Below, piece after piece: positions 19,200 to 26,318 of a stretch of DNA of 64,000 bases. The notes under the pieces were generated by a model that was given only the letters and a program-made list of their open reading frames with translations, did not search any database and was not told the origin of the DNA. The position numbers and the translations under genes were made by a program. Source of the stretch: Xanthobacteraceae bacterium (GTDB taxonomy: Bacteria; Pseudomonadota; Alphaproteobacteria; Rhizobiales; Xanthobacteraceae). The stretch spans positions 13,325 to 77,324 of the forward strand of contig DATBHB010000016.1 in assembly GCA_036557705.1 (NCBI GenBank), written 5' to 3'. The number at the start of each line of letters is the position of its first letter. Position 1 is the first letter of the stretch.

Positions 19200-20846
19200 C
19201 TAATCCAGCGGCTCGATCCGCACGATCGAGGCGCCGTGATTGCTGCCCACCCAGAGCACCGGGCGGGGCCCGGTCTCCTGCACGAACACCCGGCGGATGT
19301 TCGTGCTCCTGGGCAGGAGATATTCGGTGATCTCTCCGGTCTTGGTGTCGAGACGCGCGACCAGATCGTTGAGCATCGAGCCGGTCCAGACTTCCGAGGC
19401 GTCCTTGGTCGGCACGACATCGTATGGATCGCCCCACTTGGTCGGGAGCGGATATTCCTTGATTTCGGCGGTCTTGGGATCGAAGACGCCGATCGCGTTG
19501 CCGCCATATTCGGCAAACCACAGCCGGTTTTGCTCGTCGACCCGGCCGCGGCGCGGTTTCGAGCCTTGCGTTGGCGTTCGGTAGATCGTGACCTTGCCGG
19601 TCTTGGCGTCGCGTAGCCCGATGCTGGTGCCGCCGAATTCGAGCTGCCACAGGTTATTCTGTCGGTCGGTCGGCATGCCATAGGCGCTGATCTGCCGCCC
19701 ACCCGGATCCTTGCTTGGTCCCAGGTTCTCATACTGGCCGGTCTTCACATCGAGACGATAGCTATCGTGCGGCTCCTGGTTGTTGGTCCAGACTTTGCCG
19801 TCCACATCGGAGTGTTGCGGCGACACCATCGAGGCCTGAGTGTTGCGGCCCCACCACTCCTTTGGGAATGGATAGGTGGTGATTTGTTTCGTCTTGCGGT
19901 CGATCCTGGCGATTGCCGACTGATACATCATCGATATCCAGAGATTCCCGCTCGGGTCGAGCTCCAGGTCGAGCGTGCCCTTGGGCTGCTCCTCGCGCAC
20001 GACCGGCAACGCATAGTCAGTGACCTTTCCGGTCCTGGGATCGAGCTCGCCGACGAAGAGCGAGCCGAAATCGGAATACCAGGCGTGACCGTCGGGATCG
20101 ACGATGACGTCATGGGGCTCCGCGTTTTTGCGGGCCAGATCGTATTCGGTGATGATGACCTTCGTGGAGCGTCCCTTCGGCCGCGGCAGGGTCTTCAAAT
20201 CGTATTCCTTGCCATCCGGATTGGAGAGGTTGACGCTGAAAATGTAGTCGGCCGCCGCCTGCGCCCGATTCGCCGCAACCCGCGGGCGTTCGCTGCGCGC
20301 CCCGCCAGTGACCAGGAGTTGGGGTTGTGACGGCACGCTGCCCGGATAATAGCGCCCCATCCGCCGAAAGATCTGCTGGAATTCCTCGGCCGTGTGCGGA
20401 TGGGTAAACACCCGCTTAAGCGTGTGGCAGCTCACGCAGCCGGGGAGGAAGGCTTTCTGGTTGTCCGAGCCGGGCGCGCTCATGAGCCATTCGGCATTGG
20501 AAAGCATGCCGGTGATGTTGTGCGCCTTGTCGAGCTTAAGATCGGCGGTCGCTTTGCCGGCTCCGGTGATCTCGACCGATTTCTGGCCATCGAGCACGTA
20601 GCCGGCCGCCCGGATCGCAACAGCGTAGCGGCCGGGCTCGAGCCGGTCGGCCGGGAAGCTGTATTCGCCTTTGTCGTTGCTTACCACCGTGGTGTCGATG
20701 GTCGAGCCTTCCTTCTTGACGCTGACCAGGACGCCTTCCATGCGGCTTTCCTCGGCGGACGAGACCGTTCCGCTCAGCGCCTGGGCCGAAGCGCCGGTCG
20801 ATGCCGCGACCATCGCGCCGACTAGCAGCCAAAGATGTCTGTACAT
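19200..20846 (-). CDS. Same fusion architecture, paralogue 2 (haem motif CVSCH)
   Basis: SD GGAGGA + ATG 20846. Signal MYRHLWLLVGAMVAASTGASAQA. Collinear with paralogues 1 and 3. Confidence 0.85.
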   Translation of the reverse strand: MYRHLWLLVGAMVAASTGASAQALSGTVSSAEESRMEGVLVSVKKEGSTIDTTVVSNDKGEYSFPADRLEPGRYAVAIRAAGYVLDGQKSVEITGAGKATADLKLDKAHNITGMLSNAEWLMSAPGSDNQKAFLPGCVSCHTLKRVFTHPHTAEEFQQIFRRMGRYYPGSVPSQPQLLVTGGARSERPRVAANRAQAAADYIFSVNLSNPDGKEYDLKTLPRPKGRSTKVIITEYDLARKNAEPHDVIVDPDGHAWYSDFGSLFVGELDPRTGKVTDYALPVVREEQPKGTLDLELDPSGNLWISMMYQSAIARIDRKTKQITTYPFPKEWWGRNTQASMVSPQHSDVDGKVWTNNQEPHDSYRLDVKTGQYENLGPSKDPGGRQISAYGMPTDRQNNLWQLEFGGTSIGLRDAKTGKVTIYRTPTQGSKPRRGRVDEQNRLWFAEYGGNAIGVFDPKTAEIKEYPLPTKWGDPYDVVPTKDASEVWTGSMLNDLVARLDTKTGEITEYLLPRSTNIRRVFVQETGPRPVLWVGSNHGASIVRIEPLD

Positions 20847-20910
20847 CGTTTCCTCCGACTTTCTTTGCACCGTTATCGCACGTCGCCGGTTCCGGCGCTA
20901 TGGCAACTTT

Positions 20911-21075
20911 GTAGCCCGGATTGCACGACCGCATTTACGGTCGCGCCGCAACCGGAGCTTTGCAAGGCGGTCGTGCCATCCGGGGGCTGCCTCACCCGTG
21001 GTTACCCCCGATTTCGCGGCGCGCAACGTTTTCACCGACTGCAAGCACGTGCGGGCGCCGCTCAATGTGGGCTAC
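20911..21075. repeat. Degenerate REP-like unit
   Basis: GTAGCCCGGATTGCACGACCGC...GCTCAATGTGGGCTAC. The right end is mutated relative to the consensus CAATCCGGGCTAC. Confidence 0.5.
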
Positions 21076-21078
21076 GAT

Positions 21079-21290
21079 TTATGCCGTGAAGAATTTCAAG
21101 AAGTGATCGTAGACGCCGTCGGGGGCTTCCACTTGGAGGGCATGGCCGGTCGGGAGCGGCTGCGCATCGACGAGATTGCTCGCGAACTGGCGCCAGACGG
21201 TGGGCGTGCCGTGCTCACGCGTCGGCGAGGGCGCTACTATCCACTCTACGAAACTCTTCTGACGGAGTAAATCTTGCCATTGATGCTTTC
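21079..21290 (-). pseudogene. Probable remnant of the C-terminus of an alpha/beta-hydrolase gene
   Basis: Minus-strand frame reads ...HGTPTVWRQFASNLVDAQPLPTGHALQVEAPDGVYDHFLKFFTA*, like hydrolase C-termini (catalytic His context GH.LQ.E.P). There is no start codon and an in-frame stop about 87 codons upstream. Confidence 0.35.
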
Positions 21291-21415
21291 TCGCCGCCTG
21301 CGCGGCGGTCGGCCGCAGCCGCTGACATGGTATTCCTATTTAGAATGACGTGGCGTAGCTTCGCTTCAAGCTGCCTCACGGATGTGTCGTTATAGCTTGA
21401 TACGATAGAACGCCC

Positions 21416-22396
21416 ATGACCCTCGCGCGACGCTCATTTTTGCAACTCGCAACAGGCGCCGCCGTACTGCCGGGAGCAAGCCGGCTCGCATCGGCGCAGA
21501 CGTATCCGGCGCGGCCGATCACCATGATCGTTCCATTTGCTCCGGGTGGCCCCACCAGTGTGCTTGGACGGCTCGTGGCCGAGCGGATGGGAACGGCGAT
21601 CGGCCAACCAGTTGTTGTCGAGAACGTCGGCGGAGCGGATGGCAGCATAGGCAACGTCCGGGCAGCACATGCGAAACCCGACGGTTACACGATCGAGCTC
21701 GGCACGACTTCAACACATGTGCTCAATGGTGCTTTTTATTCGGCTCAATACGACGTGCTGAAAGATTTTGCGCCTATTGTGCTACTGGCGACGAGTCCCA
21801 ATGTACTTTTTGCAAAGAAAACGATGCCGGGAAACGACTTGGCGGAAATGATCGCCTGGTTGAAAGCCAATCCCGGTAAAGCCTCGGCCGCAACCTTCGC
21901 GACCGGTATCCGCCTCGTCACCGAAGTTTTTCAGAGAGAAACCGGGACGCATTTTGCAATCGTGCCGTACCGCGGCAGCGCCCCTGCATTGCAGGATTTG
22001 CTGGCCGGTCAGATCGACCTCTCATTCGACGGGGCGTTGCAATTGTCCCAGGTGCGGGCGGGCAACATAAAAGCCTATGCGATAGCCAGCGACTCGCGCT
22101 CGGCGCTTGCCCCCAATATTCCGACCTTTCGGGAAATGGGATTGCCTTCCGTTTCATACGTCACCTGGTGGGGCCTCTTCGCGCCCAAGGGCACGCCGAG
22201 CGACATTATCGCCCGGCTCAACCGGGCCGCCGTGGAAGCAATGGCCGACACCGCGCTCCGCTCACAACTTGCCGATCTCGGGTTCGAGGCCGTCCCCCGC
22301 GAAACTCAGACTCCGAAGGCGCTTGCCACGCTGCAGAAGGCCGACGCCGAGAAATGGTTGCCGCTGATCAAGGAATTCGGGATCAAGGCGGAGTGA
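21416..22396 (+). CDS. Bug-family (TctC-like) tripartite tricarboxylate transporter substrate-binding protein
   Basis: 326 aa. Tat-like signal MTLARRSFLQLATGAAVL; ITMIVPFAPGGPTS motif region. Confidence 0.85.
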   Translation: MTLARRSFLQLATGAAVLPGASRLASAQTYPARPITMIVPFAPGGPTSVLGRLVAERMGTAIGQPVVVENVGGADGSIGNVRAAHAKPDGYTIELGTTSTHVLNGAFYSAQYDVLKDFAPIVLLATSPNVLFAKKTMPGNDLAEMIAWLKANPGKASAATFATGIRLVTEVFQRETGTHFAIVPYRGSAPALQDLLAGQIDLSFDGALQLSQVRAGNIKAYAIASDSRSALAPNIPTFREMGLPSVSYVTWWGLFAPKGTPSDIIARLNRAAVEAMADTALRSQLADLGFEAVPRETQTPKALATLQKADAEKWLPLIKEFGIKAE

Positions 22397-22427
22397 ATTG
22401 TCTAAGCTTCGGCCATTGGAGGAGCTG

Positions 22428-23399
22428 ATGAAAGCTTCGTGTCGATTCCTTTGCACCGCCATCGTTGCCTTCGTTTCGCTCTTCGGGGTGGGTGCCTCAA
22501 GCGCATGGTCGCAGTCGGCAGCGACCATCAAGCTCGTTGTTCCCTATCCGCCGGGAGGCGGCATCGATGCGTTGGCCCGGATTATCGCCGAGCAGGTTGG
22601 GCGCGCGCAGGGACCGGCCATGGTCATCGAAAACCGTCCTGGAGCGGGCACCGAAATCGGTACCGAAGTCGTGGTGCGCTCCATGGCCGACGGCAATACG
22701 CTGCTGGTCAATAATGCGGCGCTGCTGCTCCTGCCGCATCTGCGAAAGGTCGACTACGATCCGTTCGCCGATCTTGCCCCGATCTGCAATCTCGCGAGCA
22801 CACCCAACATCCTTGTGGTCAACAGCAACTCTCCGTTCAAAAACCTCGACGATTTCCTGCGCGCCGCACGGGGCAAAGCTGGCGGACTGACCTACGGCTC
22901 GGCGCCCGGAGGGCTCGCTAACGTGGCTTTTGAAATGCTCGCGCATCGCGCCGGCATCCGCCTGACCTTCGTGCCGTTCGGCGGCACGACGCCAGCGATC
23001 AACGCGCTGCTCGGCGAGCATATCGATGCTGCGATGGCGGACTATCCGGCCGCGGCCGGTCAATTGAAGGGCGGGAAATTGCGCGCGCTTGTTGTCACCT
23101 CGCGCAAGCGGATGGAGGCGCTTCCAAACGTTCCAACCGCAGAGGAACTGGGGTACAGAGATTATGAAGTCGAGGTATGGTACGGCATGTTCGCTCCGGC
23201 GAAAACGCCGCCGGAGGCGATCTCTCGGCTTTCGGACTGGCTCAGTAGCGCGATACGGGCTCCCCAAGTCAGAGCAAAGCTGGCGGCGCAGGAAATCACT
23301 CCGGTTGCCGCCTGCGGCGCCGATTTCGCCACCTATCTGCGTAAACAATCCGACGACTACGGCCGCGCAATCCGCGAGAGCAACATGAGGGCTGAGTAG
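22428..23399 (+). CDS. Bug-family (TctC-like) substrate-binding protein, second copy
   Basis: SD GGAGGA + ATG 22428 (ORF-track TTG 22398). Signal MKASCRFLCTAIVAFVSLFGVGASSAWS; VVPYPPGGGID. The stop TAG lies inside the REP GTAG. Confidence 0.85.
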   Translation: MKASCRFLCTAIVAFVSLFGVGASSAWSQSAATIKLVVPYPPGGGIDALARIIAEQVGRAQGPAMVIENRPGAGTEIGTEVVVRSMADGNTLLVNNAALLLLPHLRKVDYDPFADLAPICNLASTPNILVVNSNSPFKNLDDFLRAARGKAGGLTYGSAPGGLANVAFEMLAHRAGIRLTFVPFGGTTPAINALLGEHIDAAMADYPAAAGQLKGGKLRALVVTSRKRMEALPNVPTAEELGYRDYEVEVWYGMFAPAKTPPEAISRLSDWLSSAIRAPQVRAKLAAQEITPVAACGADFATYLRKQSDDYGRAIRESNMRAE

Positions 23400-23534
23400 C
23401 CCGGATTTGCCCTTGCAAATCCGGGGAGAAGTCGCGGTCCCGGATTGCGCGATCGTCCGTTGCGCAAGTCTCGCGGTTACGTGCCATCGCGCAATCCGGG
23501 CTACGGTCGCGTGCCATCGCGCAATCCGGGTGGC
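23396..23534. repeat. Composite REP array (left flank of RAYT)
   Basis: GTAGCCCGGATTTGCCCTTGCAAATCCGGGG ... CCCGGATTGCGCGAT ... GCGCAATCCGGGCTAC GGTCGCGTGCCATCGCGCAATCCGGG. Confidence 0.9.
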
Positions 23535-23536
23535 CG

Positions 23537-24070
23537 TCAGGAACGTTCGCCGAAGCTTCCTTGACCCTGAGTGAAATCTCCGCCCCAGTCCTGCGGCAAT
23601 AGTCCACATCGGACGTAGTCATGAAACGAGGAATGAGCCCAATCTCGTACGCGAGAGACGAGGCCATGCTTCACCGGATTGAAATGAATGTAGTCCACGT
23701 GCCGCTCGAAATCTCTGTCATCGCGGATGGTGTGCTCCCAGAATCGACGCTGCCACAGTGCAGCCTCTCCGTTTTGGCGGCGCGCGACAGTTGTGCCTGA
23801 TCGCACGACCGCGGCGGTAAAGCGCCGTTTGATGAGCCGCCATCTATTCGAGTAGTCGGTATCATCCTCTGGTAGGGTCATGATCATGTGCAGGTGATCG
23901 GGTAAGATTACGACGGCATCGATAATGAACGGGTGCGAGCTGCACGTCAGTCTCGTGGCAATGCGCAAGCCCTCGATGTGATCGATCAGCGCTCGTGAGT
24001 TACGATTGGCAAGGGTCAGGGTAAAGAAGAACTTTCCACCTGGAACCAAATTCCGCCGGTACCTGACCAT
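23537..24070 (-). CDS. REP-associated tyrosine transposase (RAYT; IS200/IS605-like Y1 HUH enzyme)
   Basis: SD GGAGGAG + ATG 24070, 177 aa. HUH motif LPDHLHMIMTL; Tyr region VDYIHFNPVKHGLV. The ORF-track N-terminal extension to 24217 merely translates REP DNA. Confidence 0.85.
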   Translation of the reverse strand: MVRYRRNLVPGGKFFFTLTLANRNSRALIDHIEGLRIATRLTCSSHPFIIDAVVILPDHLHMIMTLPEDDTDYSNRWRLIKRRFTAAVVRSGTTVARRQNGEAALWQRRFWEHTIRDDRDFERHVDYIHFNPVKHGLVSRVRDWAHSSFHDYVRCGLLPQDWGGDFTQGQGSFGERS

Positions 24071-24128
24071 CCGCCTCTCCTCCGCAGTGACGAGCACCCG
24101 CGGCCCCCCGATTGCGGAATGCGCGATC

Positions 24129-24265
24129 GTAGCCCGGATTTGCGTCTTCGCAAATCCGGGAACGCCCCCGGATTTGCGCGACGAGACAGCGAAGTAACTC
24201 TCGCGATTATGCGCCATCGCGCAATCCGGGCTACGGTCGCGTGCCGTCGGCGAAATCCGGGCTAC
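24129..24265. repeat. Composite REP array (right flank of RAYT)
   Basis: GTAGCCCGGATTTGCGTCTTCGCAAATCCGGG ... GCGCAATCCGGGCTAC GGTCGCGTGCCGTCGGCGAAATCCGGGCTAC. Confidence 0.9.
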
Positions 24266-25215
24266 GGCAACGTGAAGACGATCAATTCATTCGTGGCGCC
24301 GGCCCCGCCGGGAGTAAAGGAGCCGCCTGCGACATAGACGTGCTCGCCGTCGGTGGCAGCGCCGGTGGCGTGGCGGCTGTGAGGCATCGGCGCCAGCTTG
24401 CGCCAGCTCTCGGTCTTTGGATCGAAGGCTTCGTTCTCCGCATTGGTGATGTTGGGCGGGTACTCGCCGCCGAGCACGAGGAAAAGGTCCTTGTAAACGG
24501 TTGCGGCCAATCCGCTGCGCGGCGTCGGCATCGGCGGTGCCGATGTCCAGCTGCCGGTCTTCGGATCGTAGACGTCATGCATGCCTGTACGCTCGGTTGC
24601 AGGACCGAAGCGCCCGCCGGCGATGTGGATCTTGCCCGCGATCGCGCCGGCCGCCAAATGGTCGCGCGCCTTCGGCAGGGGCGCCAGCTCATTCCAGGTG
24701 TTGGTCGCGGGGTCATAGGCTTCGTGGGTCGAAACTGCCGTCCCGCTGCCGTTGCGGCCGCCGATGGCGTGAATCTTGCCGTCGAGAGCCACCGCGCCGA
24801 CCGAGCCGCGTTCGGTTTTCATCCGCGGGAGGATGCGCCAGGTGTCGAGCATCGGGTCGTATTCGAATGCGGCGTTCTGCGCTTCCCGGTCGGCGCTGCG
24901 CGCAAAGCCGCCGATCAGATAGATCTTTCCATCGAGGACCGCAGTGCCCATGTGATCGAGCGCGCGCGGAAGCGGGGCGCGACTCCGCCATTTGTCCGTC
25001 ACCGGATCGTATTCAACGTGGTACGGGCCGATGAAGCCGAGCACGCTCCCGCCCATGACGTGGACCTTGCCATTCGCATAGGCGACCGAGACCTGGGAGA
25101 GCGCCGCAGGAACCGGCGTTTTCATCGCCCAGCTTCCCGTTGATTGGGCCCACGCGTTTGCGGTCAGTGCGCCCAGCACGATCATGCCGGCGACAAATAA
25201 ATTTCTTTGAGACAC
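24262..25215 (-). CDS. Secreted Kelch-repeat beta-propeller protein
   Basis: SD GGGGAGGA + GTG 25215. Signal ...NLFVAGMIVLGALTANAWA. Repeated ...DGKI(Y/H).IGG... Kelch blades. The stop TAG lies inside the REP CTAC. Confidence 0.8.
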   Translation of the reverse strand: MSQRNLFVAGMIVLGALTANAWAQSTGSWAMKTPVPAALSQVSVAYANGKVHVMGGSVLGFIGPYHVEYDPVTDKWRSRAPLPRALDHMGTAVLDGKIYLIGGFARSADREAQNAAFEYDPMLDTWRILPRMKTERGSVGAVALDGKIHAIGGRNGSGTAVSTHEAYDPATNTWNELAPLPKARDHLAAGAIAGKIHIAGGRFGPATERTGMHDVYDPKTGSWTSAPPMPTPRSGLAATVYKDLFLVLGGEYPPNITNAENEAFDPKTESWRKLAPMPHSRHATGAATDGEHVYVAGGSFTPGGAGATNELIVFTLP

Positions 25216-25237
25216 GATATCCTCCCCGATATTTGGC

Positions 25238-25564
25238 GTAGCCCGGATTTGCGTCTTCGCAAATCCGGGGACGAGTCCCGGATTGCGCGATAGACAGTGA
25301 GGCAACTCTCGCGGTTATGTGCCGCGCGCAATCCGGGCTACGGCCTCTGTAGCCCGGATTTGCGTCTTCGCTAATCCGGGAACGCCCCCGGATTGCGCGA
25401 CGAGACAGCGAGGTAACACTCGCGATTATGCGCCATCGCGCAATCCGGGCTACCGTAGCCCGGATTTGCGTCTTCGCAAATCCGGGTAGGTCTTGACGAT
25501 CCCGGACTGCGCGATCAGGCAGCGAAGTAACTCTCCCGATTATGCGTCGCGCAATCCGGGCTAC
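25238..25564. repeat. Three tandem composite REP (REPIN-like) units of about 104-110 bp
   Basis: Units 25238-25341, 25349-25453 and 25455-25564. Each runs GTAGCCCGGATTTGCGTCTTCGC(A/T)AATCCGGG ... CCCGGA(T/C)TGCGCGA ... GCGCAATCCGGGCTAC. Confidence 0.9.
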
Positions 25565-25569
25565 GGATT

Positions 25570-26046
25570 TCAGGCTCCGTCGCCGCTGCGGGAAATCTGG
25601 ACGTTGATGCCGTCGGGATCCTTGACGTGCACTCCGGCATAATCCCCCTGTAACGGAGTTAAGCCGCGATCTTTCAGATAACGCTGAGCCGCTTCATTGC
25701 TGATGCGGGGCACTCCTATCGCGAAGTGATCGACGATGCCGGCCGGGGCTCCATGGTTGAGAGAAACCAGCATTTTCGAAGGGGTGCCCAGGCGAATGAT
25801 ACCGCGCGACGGCTCTTGGCTTTTCACCGAAAAGCCGAAGCTCTTTTGATAAAAGTCCACGGAACGTTGCAGGTCCGATACATGAATGCTGACGTGGTCG
25901 ATGTCGGCACTCTTGAAATCAACGTTTTCCTGCGCGGTGGCAGCGGTTCCGCTCGCTGCGATCAGCGCGAGACCGGAAACCAGATCGCGCCGGCTGAGCG
26001 AGCCTTTTTCGAATCGGGTCACGAGATCGGAAATAATCGATTCCAT
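25570..26046 (-). CDS. VOC (glyoxalase/bleomycin-resistance/dioxygenase) family protein with twin-arginine signal
   Basis: SD GGGAGGAAG + ATG 26046. MESIISDLVTRFEKGSLSRRDLVSGLALIAASGTAATAQ, then a single VOC module (IDHVSIHVSDLQRSVDFY...). Confidence 0.75.
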   Translation of the reverse strand: MESIISDLVTRFEKGSLSRRDLVSGLALIAASGTAATAQENVDFKSADIDHVSIHVSDLQRSVDFYQKSFGFSVKSQEPSRGIIRLGTPSKMLVSLNHGAPAGIVDHFAIGVPRISNEAAQRYLKDRGLTPLQGDYAGVHVKDPDGINVQISRSGDGA

Positions 26047-26085
26047 GGTGACTTCCTCCCTGATCGTTGACTTGACGTTTTGATT

Positions 26086-26253
26086 GTAGCCCGGATCGGC
26101 GCTTGCGCCCATAACCGCGTTTGCGCGCGTCTTCGGCACGCTATGGCGCGGGCGCGAATCCGTGGATGCCTTCGGAGCCCCTGGATTGCGTGATCGCGAT
26201 CAGCAGCAGCGCGTTCTGGTGCGGGCGTAGCCGCGATCACGCAATCCGGGCTA
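26086..26253. repeat. Degenerate REP-like unit
   Basis: GTAGCCCGGATCGGCGCTTGCGCC ... CCTGGATTGCGTGATCGCG...CGCGATCACGCAATCCGGGCTA. Confidence 0.7.
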
Positions 26254-26318
26254 TCGATGCAAATGGCCGGACCATTCGGGGCCCGGCCATTCGAAATTAC
26301 CCGATTACCTCATTCGCT

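Larger units (their letters stand above)
23396..24265 (-). mobile_element. RAYT gene with flanking REP arrays (REP-RAYT unit)
   Basis: Y1 HUH transposase gene bracketed by composite REP units at 23396-23534 and 24129-24265. Confidence 0.8.

Noticed and set aside
20847-20910. GGAAC-N16-CGGT on the minus strand upstream of haem-propeller paralogue 2, as a possible EcfG promoter.
   Set aside because: The -10 element is CGGT rather than CGTT, and the GTT core is the most conserved part. It is also only about 20 nt from the ATG. Judged a chance match.
24071-24217. N-terminal extensions in the ORF track that contain the peptide GFAKTQIRAT or similar (RAYT 24217, Kelch 25305, ORF 28323-28991 and others).
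   Set aside because: These peptides are simply translations of the REP consensus GTAGCCCGGATTTGCG.... SD-supported starts lie downstream of the repeats.
25238-25564. Tandem ~105-bp repeats that could superficially resemble a CRISPR array. The same applies to 28831-29077.
   Set aside because: The units are internally palindromic with GTAG...CTAC inverted termini and abut each other without unique spacers. The same sequence is scattered singly through the window, and no cas genes are present. They are REP/REPIN elements.
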